This document shows positions 19,357 through 28,701 of a stretch of DNA of 60,232 nt, piece after piece. The translations under genes were made by a program, and so were the position numbers. Source of the DNA: Candidatus Hydrothermales bacterium (GTDB lineage: Bacteria > Hydrothermota > Hydrothermia > Hydrothermales > JAJRUZ01); contig JBCNUW010000012.1 in NCBI GenBank assembly GCA_039630575.1, forward strand, positions 1 to 60,232, given 5' to 3'. The notes under the pieces are model-generated. The model was not told the DNA's origin, did not search any database, and saw only the letters and a program-made list of their open reading frames with translations. Positions within the stretch are counted from its first letter, which is position 1. The number at the start of each line of letters is the position of its first letter.

Positions 19357-19430
19357 TTAACAAAATTTTCAGTTAATAATAATAAAATAAAAAAAGAAAT
19401 TTGTCAAGAGTCTGTGGAAAACTTTAAAAT
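19357..19430. promoter_or_regulatory. Overlapping divergent promoters with a candidate operator
   Basis: Minus strand TTGACA(19407-19402)-N17-TATTAT(19384-19379) toward kamA; plus strand TTGTCA(19401)-N18-TAAAAT(19425) toward the regulator; TTAAC-N10-GTTAA dyad at 19357-19376. Confidence 0.6.
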
Positions 19431-19436
19431 AATTAT

Positions 19437-19997
19437 ATGTCTTTTGAAAGGGAAATTGGTGAGAAAATAAGAAAATTGAGAAAAGCTGAGGGAATAACTT
19501 TAAATGAACTTGCTTTAAGATCAGGAGTTACAAAATCTGCACTTTCTCAAATTGAAAGAGGTAAAATAACCCCCACAATTTTAACATTTAAAAATATACT
19601 TGATGCTCTCGGGTTATCCTTCTCTGAATTTTTTGAAAGAGAAGAAAAGGGATTTTTCTTTAAATTCGATAAATTAAACTATAAGTATATTGAAAAGGAA
19701 AATGTTAAAATTTTACTGTTAACACCCTTTGGTGGTAATAAATCCTTTGACATACTTAAGATTGAGATTCCACCTTTCACTTCAACAAGACCTGAAACAC
19801 CTCATGAGGGAGAAGAAGGAGGTTTTGTTTTAAAAGGTGCTGTGTTTTTTCAGTTTGGAAAAAAGAAATTAAAAGTTTTAAGAGGAGAAAGTTATTATTT
19901 TTATCCTGACAAGGTTCATTTCTTCGAAAACCGCTCAAAAAATAAATCTGCAGTTCTTATCCACATTGTTTCTCCCCCCAATATTGATATATTTTAA
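19437..19997 (+). CDS. XRE-family HTH + cupin transcriptional regulator (PuuR-like)
   Basis: LNELA.RSGVTKSALSQIERG HTH; HEGEEGGFVLKG..H.FEN cupin. Confidence 0.88.
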   Translation: MSFEREIGEKIRKLRKAEGITLNELALRSGVTKSALSQIERGKITPTILTFKNILDALGLSFSEFFEREEKGFFFKFDKLNYKYIEKENVKILLLTPFGGNKSFDILKIEIPPFTSTRPETPHEGEEGGFVLKGAVFFQFGKKKLKVLRGESYYFYPDKVHFFENRSKNKSAVLIHIVSPPNIDIF

Positions 19998-20003
19998 AAA
20001 TTT

Positions 20004-21239
20004 TTATCTTGTTAAAAATTTTGATAATAAATACTTTACAATAAATAGCATCGCCCTTTTTGTTGGCATGATTTTCCCCACATTAAATTTGGGCAAATAA
20101 AGAGCAATGAAAAATCTAAAAAGAAAGGAGAGAAAAAAAGAAAACTTAATCCCCACCTCCTCATTAATAAAGCACTTTACTAAAAAACCCCCGATATTGT
20201 TTCCTATAAAACTACCTATTCCTCCAACAGTAAGAAAAACAACCTGATAGATTGGATTTTTAATGAGCATTAAATTAATGTAAGAATGGGCAAGATTTAT
20301 TCCAGACCAACCAAAAGTACTTAAAAAACCATCTAAATATATAAAATACCACATCCAAGCAGGTCTTATTATCCAAATTAATGGAATAGTTGTAATGAAA
20401 AAAAGATTTATTTTTAGTGTTGCTCTTGGAGAAATCTTTTCTATAAACTTACCCCAAAAGGGCTGAAAAACAGCGCTCCCTAATCCCATAGATACAGTCC
20501 AAAGTGCTATCTCAAAATTTTTTAACTTCATATACTTAACAGCATAATAACCAAACATTGGAGCAGTTATGTTTATTAAAAGATTAAAAATAAAAATATA
20601 AAATATAAACACCATAAACTCCTTATCAGTTGCTACCTCTTTTAAATAATCTTTTAAATTGAACCTTTCCTCTAACTTAATTTCATCTTGAAAAAGGTAA
20701 AGAATCAAAGATAAAAGCGAAAGCAAAAAAAGAATAAAAAAAAGAGACTTAAAACCTACTTTTTCAAAAATCAAACCAACAATAAAAAAAGATATTGACT
20801 GAAAAAATGTTATAACACCTAATCTTGTTCCAAGATATTCACCCTTTCCTGACTCTAATTTTTTTAAAATATTTGAAAACCAAAAACTCCAGGCTGTTGA
20901 AGAGATATTTAAAAAAAGACCTGAAAGAAATATTACTAAAAATAGTATTTTTACATTCCAGAAAATCTCAAAGAGAAAAATAACCCATATACCTCTTGAT
21001 ATAAAACCTGTTATCCCAGCAATGATCATAGGTCTTTTTAAAATCAAAAGAAAAAAAATTGAAACAAAGGTAAAAACAAAAGAAATATTGAAAAGAGAAC
21101 TCATAAAGGCAACCTCTTGAGCTAAAGCACCTATCTTTACAGCAAAAGCAGTAATAAAAACACCATTTGATATTCCAAAATGAATACCAGAAATAACTCC
21201 CTCAACAAGTGAAATATTCAAATTTTTCCTTATATTCAT
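20004..21239 (-). CDS. MFS transporter
   Basis: About 12 hydrophobic segments in two halves; QPFWGKFIEK motif A-like. Confidence 0.8.
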   Translation of the reverse strand: MNIRKNLNISLVEGVISGIHFGISNGVFITAFAVKIGALAQEVAFMSSLFNISFVFTFVSIFFLLILKRPMIIAGITGFISRGIWVIFLFEIFWNVKILFLVIFLSGLFLNISSTAWSFWFSNILKKLESGKGEYLGTRLGVITFFQSISFFIVGLIFEKVGFKSLFFILFLLSLLSLILYLFQDEIKLEERFNLKDYLKEVATDKEFMVFIFYIFIFNLLINITAPMFGYYAVKYMKLKNFEIALWTVSMGLGSAVFQPFWGKFIEKISPRATLKINLFFITTIPLIWIIRPAWMWYFIYLDGFLSTFGWSGINLAHSYINLMLIKNPIYQVVFLTVGGIGSFIGNNIGGFLVKCFINEEVGIKFSFFLSFLFRFFIALYLPKFNVGKIMPTKRAMLFIVKYLLSKFLTR

Positions 21240-21285
21240 CGTTTATCCTATAATTATAAACAAACGTTTAAAAAGGAGGGGAAAA

Positions 21286-22005
21286 ATGAAGATAAAAGTT
21301 TTTCTCTTGGTTGCAATCACAATGTATGCTCACCATTCTAAGGAATATATAGCTCTTGAATCATATTCTACATGTGCAAAAAACGAAAAAATCTTTCACC
21401 TTATATACGATTACTATGTTGAAAATAAAGATAATCCAGATTTTGACCATTGGGAACTTACTCCTGGTTTTTCTTATGGAATAACAGATCATATAATGTT
21501 TGGAGCACATACTCATTTTGCAAAGTTTGGAAAAGCCTTTACACTAAATGAAAGTGAACTTTCACCCTTAATTGAAGCAGCCAACTTTGCCATCCAAATA
21601 AGACTCAAAAGTTTAGGATTCCTGAATTTGGCTTTCCTTTTTTCTTATGAGATCCCCTCTGATAGAAGCAGAAAATACCTTGATGGTAAAGAAGTTATTG
21701 AGGGAAAAATAATATTAAGTAAAAATTTTTTAACTCACTCAAATATATCCGTTAATTTTTCCTTTGCTAAAGAAGGTAATGAATTTATAAAAGAATGGGC
21801 ATTAGGAATTAAAAATCCCCTATCAGCTGATCCCCATGGTATTGCAGGTGGAATTGAAATCTTAGGAGACTATAATAACGCTTTCTTTTTACTTCCAGCC
21901 ATTTATTTTCCAATTGAACGCTCCATAATAAAAACAGGAATCGGTTTTGGAAACCAAAAAACAACTTATCTCAGAGCTAACATTTCTCTTATGTATATCT
22001 TTTAA
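21286..22005 (+). CDS. Putative small outer-membrane beta-barrel heading the Ni/Co uptake operon
   Basis: Signal peptide ending MYA|HH, amphipathic beta strands (FSYGITD), terminal Phe (MYIF); SD AGGAGG. Confidence 0.55.
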   Translation: MKIKVFLLVAITMYAHHSKEYIALESYSTCAKNEKIFHLIYDYYVENKDNPDFDHWELTPGFSYGITDHIMFGAHTHFAKFGKAFTLNESELSPLIEAANFAIQIRLKSLGFLNLAFLFSYEIPSDRSRKYLDGKEVIEGKIILSKNFLTHSNISVNFSFAKEGNEFIKEWALGIKNPLSADPHGIAGGIEILGDYNNAFFLLPAIYFPIERSIIKTGIGFGNQKTTYLRANISLMYIF

Positions 22006-22009
22006 AAAA

Positions 22010-22573
22010 ATGAAAAAAATACCTCTTATCTTAATTTTTAGCTTTTTATACTCTCATGACTTCTGGATAGAAATTTCAAATCCATTTCCAGTAGAAAAAG
22101 AAAAAATTAACATCTTCTTAAAGGGAGGTCATAAACTATTTGAATCTGAAATTGTTCCAAAGGAAAACCTTCTAAAAGAATTTGGGGTAAAAAAACCATC
22201 CGGTGAAGAAATCAAACTTGAATATAAAAGGGAAAAAAAATACATAATTTCGGAATTTACACCTGATAAAGAAGGAACTTACCTTGTTTTCTTTACCCTC
22301 TCAAGAGGAGATGAAGTATTTTATATTGGTAAAAGCTACTTCTATGTAAGAAAAATTACTGATTTTATAAATTTTGGGTATGATTTTGAAATTAATATAG
22401 AAAACTTTGAATTTAAGGAGAGTGAAATTAAATTTAAACCCTCCAATTATGAATTTCTAAACGAAAAAGGGAAAGGTTATTTTAGAGATTTTTATAAATC
22501 TAAAAAAGGACTAAATTTAATAATTAAAAGAAAAAACGGAAAGGTATGTACATTAACTTTTTACTCACAATAA
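22010..22573 (+). CDS. DUF4198-like periplasmic Ni/Co uptake protein
   Basis: Signal peptide followed by HDFWIE, GGH, FTPDKEGTY; likely start 22010. Confidence 0.65.
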   Translation: MKKIPLILIFSFLYSHDFWIEISNPFPVEKEKINIFLKGGHKLFESEIVPKENLLKEFGVKKPSGEEIKLEYKREKKYIISEFTPDKEGTYLVFFTLSRGDEVFYIGKSYFYVRKITDFINFGYDFEINIENFEFKESEIKFKPSNYEFLNEKGKGYFRDFYKSKKGLNLIIKRKNGKVCTLTFYSQ

Positions 22574-22962
22574 AAATTTTTTCACATGGAATAGGTTATG
22601 AATTTTTTGAGAATGCAAAAGGATTAAGATTTTTTTACGAAGATAAAACACCACTATCTTTAGCAGAGTATAAAATTTATTCTCCCGATGGAAAAATATT
22701 CTCAGAGGGAAAACTCGATAGAAACGGAAGAGTTTTATTTTTACCTAATAAAAAAGGAAAATGGAAAATAGAAATTGACGATGGAATGGGGCATGGAATT
22801 GTTAAAGAAATTATGATTGAAAATTTAGAGAAGGATCCTTTTTTAAATAACAGAATTTCATTTAATTCTAAATTAGTTTTAGGACTTTCAATTATACTTA
22901 TGTGCTCTGGAATCACCTTTTACATTCTTGCTTACAGAAAGTTAAAAAATGCACATTCCTGA
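22546..22962 (+). CDS. CbiL/NikL-like accessory component of Ni/Co ECF transporter
   Basis: SHG start, G.LDRNGR..FLP..G.W.IE.DDGMGHG, C-terminal TM helix. Confidence 0.65.
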   Translation: MYINFLLTIKIFSHGIGYEFFENAKGLRFFYEDKTPLSLAEYKIYSPDGKIFSEGKLDRNGRVLFLPNKKGKWKIEIDDGMGHGIVKEIMIENLEKDPFLNNRISFNSKLVLGLSIILMCSGITFYILAYRKLKNAHS

Positions 22963-23578
22963 TGGTTTTTTAGATACAAAAACACTTTTTATAACGAACA
23001 CAGTTTCCTATTTAACCTTTTTTTATTCTGGAAGAAAAATATTAAAAAAAATAGAGGCTGAAAGAGTTCCTATACTTGGTCTATCGACAGCCTTTATTTT
23101 CTTAATAAGTAGTATAAGTTTTCCTTTGCCCTTTGGAACATCAATTCACCTACTTGGCAGTTTCTTCATTTCACTTATCCTTGGACCCTTTTCAGCTTTT
23201 TTTATAAATTTTTTATCACTTTTTCTTCAATCTCTTTTACTTTCCCATGGTGGAATCCTTACACTTGGTGCAAATTCAATAAACATTGCTTTTTCAAGTT
23301 GTATTTTAGGTTTCTATTTTTATAAATTTTTAATAAGAATTTTACCAAATTTTGAAAACTTTATTATATTTATTATAACTATTTTTACAGCTTTTATTGG
23401 TAGTTTTCTTTTAACCTTAGAACTCAATTTTTCAGGAAAAATCTCCTTTCAAAAAAGTTTTCTCCCAATAATCTCTTTTCATTTAGTTTCTGGCTCATTT
23501 GAAGGTCTATTTACAGTTTTTCTTATCAATTTCATTAAAAAGTTAAAGCCTAAACTTTTAGAAGTTGAAAAAATATGA
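22949..23578 (+). CDS. cbiM: Ni/Co ECF transporter S component
   Basis: MHIPDGFL N-terminus, GTSIHLLG, HGGILTLGAN. Confidence 0.9.
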   Translation: MHIPDGFLDTKTLFITNTVSYLTFFYSGRKILKKIEAERVPILGLSTAFIFLISSISFPLPFGTSIHLLGSFFISLILGPFSAFFINFLSLFLQSLLLSHGGILTLGANSINIAFSSCILGFYFYKFLIRILPNFENFIIFIITIFTAFIGSFLLTLELNFSGKISFQKSFLPIISFHLVSGSFEGLFTVFLINFIKKLKPKLLEVEKI

Positions 23579-24186
23579 AACATCATTTTATCGATAGATT
23601 TGCCTACGAAAGGGGTTTCTTACAAGCATTATCCCCTATAATTAAGTTTATAACTCTTATTTTTTTTCTTTTCCTTTTAATTATCTTGTCCCCAAATTTG
23701 TACTTTTACTTTACTATATCTTTAATTTTGTTAATTTTACTTTTCATATCAAAAATTCCTTTTTTTTACTTTTTAAAAAGAATCATACTAATAACACCCT
23801 TTTTAGCAGTAATATTTTTTCTTTCCCTTTTAAGTCATAAGAATCTTTCACAATTTTTTCTTGCTTTGATAAGGTCGGTACTTTCTCTTTTTGGTGTAAT
23901 TCTTTTCCTTTCAACTACTAAAACTGAAGAATTTATAAAGATTTTTGAGAAAGTTCCTTACGGCAACTTGATATCTCTAATTTTTTCTTTTTTATACCGT
24001 TACTTTTATATACTTGAAGATGAATTACAAAAAATGAAAAGGTCGATGATTTCAAAAGGTAAAAAGCTCGATTTTAAAAGTTATCTTATATTATCAGGTT
24101 TATTGTTTTTAAGATCCTATGAAAGATCAGAAAGGGTTTTAAAAGCTATGATTTCAAAGGGATGGAACATAGAAAGGTTAAAATAG
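23575..24186 (+). CDS. cbiQ: ECF transporter T component
   Basis: YRYFYIL.DE...M, LFLRSYERSERV..AM.SKG. Confidence 0.85.
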   Translation: MKHHFIDRFAYERGFLQALSPIIKFITLIFFLFLLIILSPNLYFYFTISLILLILLFISKIPFFYFLKRIILITPFLAVIFFLSLLSHKNLSQFFLALIRSVLSLFGVILFLSTTKTEEFIKIFEKVPYGNLISLIFSFLYRYFYILEDELQKMKRSMISKGKKLDFKSYLILSGLLFLRSYERSERVLKAMISKGWNIERLK

Positions 24187-24860
24187 AGGTTATAAATTTG
24201 AGCTTTTCTTATGAAGAAAAAAAAGATGTGCTTAAAGATATAAATTTAAGGGTTTTTGAAAATGAGAGGTTAAGTTTAATAGGAGAAAACGGATCCGGTA
24301 AAACTACACTTCTTTTATGTATCTGTGGACTTTTAAAATTTAAAGGAAAAGTTATCATAGATGGGGAAGATTTCAAAGAAAGTTTAAGAAGAAAGATTGG
24401 TTTTCTTTTTGAAAATCCAGATGATTCACTTTTTATGCCAAGAGTTTACGATGATGTAGCTTTTGGACCAAAAAATTTTAAAATACAAGGAAAACTAGAT
24501 GAGATAGTTAAAAGTTCTTTAAACAAAGTGGGGCTAAAAGATTTTGAGAATAGGGTACCCCATCACCTATCTTTTGGTGAAAAAAAGAAGGTATCTCTTG
24601 CCAGTTTACTTTCATATGATCCTGAAATTTTTCTTTTAGATGAACCCACATTAGGACTTTCTCCTTTAGCAAGGAAGGAGTTTATAAAGTTGGTTAAAAA
24701 TTTGAGGGGAACGGTAGTTATTGCAACTCATGATATAGATTTTGCAATAGAAATTTCCGATAGAATAATTTTTTTAAACAAAGGTAAAATAAAAAGAGAA
24801 TACAAAGAAAATTTCAATAAAGACGAAATAATTAAACTCTTTGAAGAAAACATAACTTAA
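24162..24860 (+). CDS. cbiO: ECF transporter ATPase
   Basis: GENGSGKT, FENPDD, DVAFGPKN, LSFGEKK, LLDEPT, ATHD. Confidence 0.88.
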   Translation: MEHRKVKIEVINLSFSYEEKKDVLKDINLRVFENERLSLIGENGSGKTTLLLCICGLLKFKGKVIIDGEDFKESLRRKIGFLFENPDDSLFMPRVYDDVAFGPKNFKIQGKLDEIVKSSLNKVGLKDFENRVPHHLSFGEKKKVSLASLLSYDPEIFLLDEPTLGLSPLARKEFIKLVKNLRGTVVIATHDIDFAIEISDRIIFLNKGKIKREYKENFNKDEIIKLFEENIT

Positions 24861-24916
24861 TTTTATAATATAAATAATTAGAAATCCTTACAGAAAAAAA
24901 TAAAAATATAATTAAT

Positions 24917-25513
24917 ATGAGTGGAATTGACATAAAAATAATATATGTTTTTGAAAAATTAGTTAATCTTTACAGATCTTTACTCTGGGACGCATCAAAG
25001 GATACAGATATTTCACCACTTGGTATACAAGTAATACTTTTTATCTCAGAGAATCAAAGGGAAAGACGTCTTCCCTCAATAATATCTGAAGAACTGGGTA
25101 TAAAAAGAGCAACTCTTTCGGACTCTTTAAAAGTTTTAATTGAAAAAAATATACTAATTGAAGAAAAAAACCTAAATGATAGAAGGTACAAATTTTTAAG
25201 CTTAACTGATAAAGGTAGAGCTCTTTTAAAAAAAATTCTTTTAAACTATAGAAAGGAAATTTCTAAAAGTTTAAAGTCTTTAACAAGAGAAGAAAAGATA
25301 GAAATCTTTAGAATACTACTTAAAATAATTGCTGAGCTTCAAGATAAAAATATAATAAAAGTTTCACCTATGTGCATAAACTGTAAGAACTTCATAAAGG
25401 ATGCACACCCTGACTCTGAAAAAAAACATCTGTGTAAATTAACAGGAAGAAGAATGAAAGATTACGAAATAAAAGTCAGATGTAACAGAAGTGAAGTCTC
25501 TTTTAAGTTATAA
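24917..25513 (+). CDS. MarR-family regulator with C-terminal Cys/His cluster
   Basis: wHTH with DRR..LSLTDKG; C-terminal MCINCKNF..H.C..C. Confidence 0.8.
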   Translation: MSGIDIKIIYVFEKLVNLYRSLLWDASKDTDISPLGIQVILFISENQRERRLPSIISEELGIKRATLSDSLKVLIEKNILIEEKNLNDRRYKFLSLTDKGRALLKKILLNYRKEISKSLKSLTREEKIEIFRILLKIIAELQDKNIIKVSPMCINCKNFIKDAHPDSEKKHLCKLTGRRMKDYEIKVRCNRSEVSFKL

Positions 25514-27043
25514 ACTAAAACTACCCCTTTTCCTTCTAAATTCCTTAAAAATATTTTCAACCTCATCAATCTTCGATATATCATCTTTACTTTTATCATA
25601 TCTTATTCTCTTTATTCTTGCGAATCTTAAGGCGTATCCACTTTCATAAAAGGGAGATCTTTCTATTTCTGAAAAATCTACCTCTACAACTAATTCAGGT
25701 CTTACAATTATTCCGTTTTCCTTATCCTTAACCTTTTTAGTAATTAAAATTTCTGTTATTTCCTCAAATTCATTATCAGATAAACCTTTAAAAGTTTTTC
25801 CAAGGGGTAAAAATCTTTTATTTTCTCTATCAAGACATCCAAGTAAAAAATCAGAGAGCCAATTCTTTCTCCTTCCATGTCCCCATTCAGCCTCAAGAAT
25901 AACAAGATCAAGTGTGTATGTCCTTTTTAATTTAAACCAATACCTCTTTCTAGAACCTATAAAGTATGGAGAGTCGATCTTTTTTATCATAATACCTTCG
26001 TTCCCTTCTTCAATACTTTGATAAAAAAATTTTTCTATTTCTTTTATTTGGTCAGTTTCAATTCTTTTAATTAGAAAATCTTGTGGTACTGTTTCTTTTA
26101 AAATTTTCCATCTCTCAAAGTTTTTATTTTTAAAAAGCTGTTCACCGTTTTTATAAACAATATCAAAAAAGAAAGGTTTAATTGAAGAAACTTTCTCTCT
26201 ATTCTTTCTTGCTATTATGCTGAGCATGTCCTGAAAGGGAATTATTTTATTTTCTCTATCAAAAATAACAACCTCACCATCAAGAACAAAGTCACCGTCT
26301 AAATTTTTAATAATTTCTTTTACTTCTGAGAGATTTATGGTTATGTCTCTCAGATTCCTCGAAAAAATCTTAATATCCTTGCCTTTTTTGTGAACTTGAA
26401 TTCTTATTCCATCAATCTTATATTCAACAGCATATTTACTCCTTGGGAGTTCTTCTAATGAGTGTATCATCTCACCTAACATAGGCAAAAAGGGTGTAAA
26501 CACCTCAAAAGATAACTCTTTTAAATCCTTGTTACCTTTATTCACTAAGCTATCAACTACTTCTAAAAAATTACCTCTTTTTAATAAAATTTCGTCAATT
26601 TCTTCTTCCTTTATATTTAAAAATTTTGAAATGGCTTTCTTCAGTATACCCTTTGAAACACCTTGCCTTACTTCTCCAATGAGAAAAAGACTAAAAAACT
26701 TTCTTTCGCTTATATCAAGTTTTTTAAAAAGATTATAAACTATCCCTAATTTTCTTCTCTGAGAACCAACCCCTTTAATCTCACTTAATCTCTTTAGAAT
26801 TTCATCCAATTCTAAAAGCTCAACACTATCGTTCCCCTCTTTCAAAAGAAAATAATTACTTAGGCTTTTTAAACCTATCTGAAGTTTTCCATAGAAAATT
26901 TTTCCCATCAAAAGTGATATCGCTATCTTAAATTCTTCCCTCCTCAGTCTTTTAAAAAAATCTAATAGAATGAGGACCTTTTCGTTTATACTAGATATTT
27001 CACTTAATTTTTGGGAAAGTAATACTACCTCCTTTAATTTCAT
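25508..27043 (-). CDS. lig: ATP-dependent DNA ligase (archaeal/LigB-like)
   Basis: EYKIDGIRIQVH adenylation motif, LDGEV, EGIMIK, WFKLK, DLVIL.AEWGHGRR, ALRFARIKRIRYDK. Confidence 0.9.
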   Translation of the reverse strand: MKLKEVVLLSQKLSEISSINEKVLILLDFFKRLRREEFKIAISLLMGKIFYGKLQIGLKSLSNYFLLKEGNDSVELLELDEILKRLSEIKGVGSQRRKLGIVYNLFKKLDISERKFFSLFLIGEVRQGVSKGILKKAISKFLNIKEEEIDEILLKRGNFLEVVDSLVNKGNKDLKELSFEVFTPFLPMLGEMIHSLEELPRSKYAVEYKIDGIRIQVHKKGKDIKIFSRNLRDITINLSEVKEIIKNLDGDFVLDGEVVIFDRENKIIPFQDMLSIIARKNREKVSSIKPFFFDIVYKNGEQLFKNKNFERWKILKETVPQDFLIKRIETDQIKEIEKFFYQSIEEGNEGIMIKKIDSPYFIGSRKRYWFKLKRTYTLDLVILEAEWGHGRRKNWLSDFLLGCLDRENKRFLPLGKTFKGLSDNEFEEITEILITKKVKDKENGIIVRPELVVEVDFSEIERSPFYESGYALRFARIKRIRYDKSKDDISKIDEVENIFKEFRRKRGSFSL

Positions 27044-27068
27044 TTAAATTTTTGATTATAAAAATTTT

Positions 27069-27533
27069 TTAAAGTCTTATGCCTTCCTTTTCTTCCTTTT
27101 TTTCTAAATCAATTTTCATTTTTTCAAAGACTTTCTCATCAACGTATATTTTTACTTTCTCTCTAATAGCAAGATTTATCGCATCAGAAGGTCTTGCATC
27201 AACTACTATTCTTTTATTACCCTGTTTAAAATGAATACTTGCAAAATAGGTGTCCTCCTCAAATCTATCTATAGTAACTTTTTCTACTTGGGCACCAAGT
27301 TTATCAATTATATTCTTCATTAATTCATAGGTAAGGGGTCTTTTCAGATTAACCTTATTTAAAGCTCTTATTATTGATAAGCCTTCATTTTCTCCTATTG
27401 ATATAAAAAGTAAAGACTCAGAATTTACTTTCCTTAAAATCAGGGTGTAACCACCTTCTCTTTGAGGCAAGATATTAAAGACTTCAACTTCTATGAGCTT
27501 TACAAGAATAAAAAAGCTAAAAAAGAATTTCAT
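27069..27533 (-). CDS. Bifunctional nuclease (DUF151) family protein
   Basis: I.IG..E, RPLTYEL, DARPSDAINLA; unusual hydrophobic N-terminus. Confidence 0.85.
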   Translation of the reverse strand: MKFFFSFFILVKLIEVEVFNILPQREGGYTLILRKVNSESLLFISIGENEGLSIIRALNKVNLKRPLTYELMKNIIDKLGAQVEKVTIDRFEEDTYFASIHFKQGNKRIVVDARPSDAINLAIREKVKIYVDEKVFEKMKIDLEKKEEKEGIRL

Positions 27534-27555
27534 GATTTTTCCCTCCTTATTTAAA

Positions 27556-28374
27556 TTATAAAGTTTTAAGAGACTTTTTTAAAAATTCTGGTATTTTAAA
27601 ACAGGTTTCATGAATATCTCTGTTATAGTATTTTGTTTTTTTTGGTATTCTTATTGGTTTTATTATACTTTTTTTTCTTTTGAAAACCAAGAAATAAAGC
27701 CATAATCCTCCAGGATATGTTGGCATTGGAGAAAGATATGGGAAGATGCTTTGGAATTTTTTATTTAATATGTTATAAATTTTTTTGATAACTTTTAGGT
27801 GGAAAATTGGGGATTCAGCTTGAAGAGAAATGCCACCATCTTTTTTTAAAATTTTTTTTAGATTTTCATAAAAGTCTTCAGTATAGAAAACTTTTGCAGG
27901 TCCTACGGGGTCAGAAGTATCAAGAATTATGGCATCGAATTTTTCTTTTACTTTTTTAATAAAATCTCTTGCGTCTTCAAAAATTATTTTGACCCTTTTA
28001 TCTTTATAAGCCTTATTAGCCCAAGGGAAAAAATTTTTGCAGGCTTTAAAGACTTCTTCATCAATTTCAACTTGAGTAACTTCTTTAACTGGATGTTTTA
28101 AAACTTCTTTTAAAGCTCCTCCGTCTCCTCCTCCTATTATCAAAACCTTTGATGGTTTTTTTATTGTTGAAAGCAAAGGATGAACTAAGGATTCATGGTA
28201 AAAAAATTCATCTTTCTCAGTTACCATAAAAAGAGAGTCAATGGCAAGAACTTTACCCCAGTCTAAACTGTCAAAAATTTCTACAAGTTGGAATTTAGTT
28301 TTTTTTCTAAAAAGTACTTTTTTAATCTTTATTCTGAGTTCAGTACCTTTTGATTGTTTTTCTGAGAAGAACAT
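27556..28374 (-). CDS. speE: Polyamine aminopropyltransferase (spermidine synthase)
   Basis: DEFFYHE, LIIGGGDGG, VEID, ILDTSDP, PTYPGG.W. Confidence 0.92.
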   Translation of the reverse strand: MFFSEKQSKGTELRIKIKKVLFRKKTKFQLVEIFDSLDWGKVLAIDSLFMVTEKDEFFYHESLVHPLLSTIKKPSKVLIIGGGDGGALKEVLKHPVKEVTQVEIDEEVFKACKNFFPWANKAYKDKRVKIIFEDARDFIKKVKEKFDAIILDTSDPVGPAKVFYTEDFYENLKKILKKDGGISLQAESPIFHLKVIKKIYNILNKKFQSIFPYLSPMPTYPGGLWLYFLVFKRKKSIIKPIRIPKKTKYYNRDIHETCFKIPEFLKKSLKTL

Positions 28375-28439
28375 ATAAAATCTTAAGAGAAAGAAATTTG
28401 AAAATTCCTTAATAAGTTGTTTATTATTTTAAGTATATT

Positions 28440-28523
28440 GCCGGGGTGGCGGAATTGGCAGACGCGCATGGTTGAGGGCCATGTGAGATTAATCTCGTGC
28501 GGGTTCAAGTCCCGCCCCCGGCA
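28440..28523 (+). tRNA. tRNA-Leu(GAG)
   Basis: Cloverleaf; anticodon arm CATGG-TTGAGGG-CCATG; long variable arm; no encoded CCA. Confidence 0.95.
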
Positions 28524-28544
28524 TTTCTCTGAGTGTTTTTTTAC

Positions 28545-28573
28545 TTGAATAGCCCCTTTAATGTAGTTATAAT
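28545..28573 (+). promoter_or_regulatory. Promoter TTGAAT-N17-TATAAT for tRNA-Ser and the downstream ABC operon
   Basis: Near-consensus hexamers with 17-nt spacer. Confidence 0.65.
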
Positions 28574-28597
28574 ATATTAAAAATTATCATACATAAA

Positions 28598-28687
28598 GGA
28601 GGGTTGGCCGAACTGGCTAAGGCGTCGGATTTGAAATCCGATATCCCGATTATATCGGGATTGTGGGTTCGAGTCCCACACCCTCCG
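28598..28687 (+). tRNA. tRNA-Ser(TGA)
   Basis: Anticodon arm TCGGA-TTTGAAA-TCCGA; long variable arm; discriminator G; no CCA. Confidence 0.95.
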
Positions 28688-28701
28688 AAACCTAAATCTA
28701 A

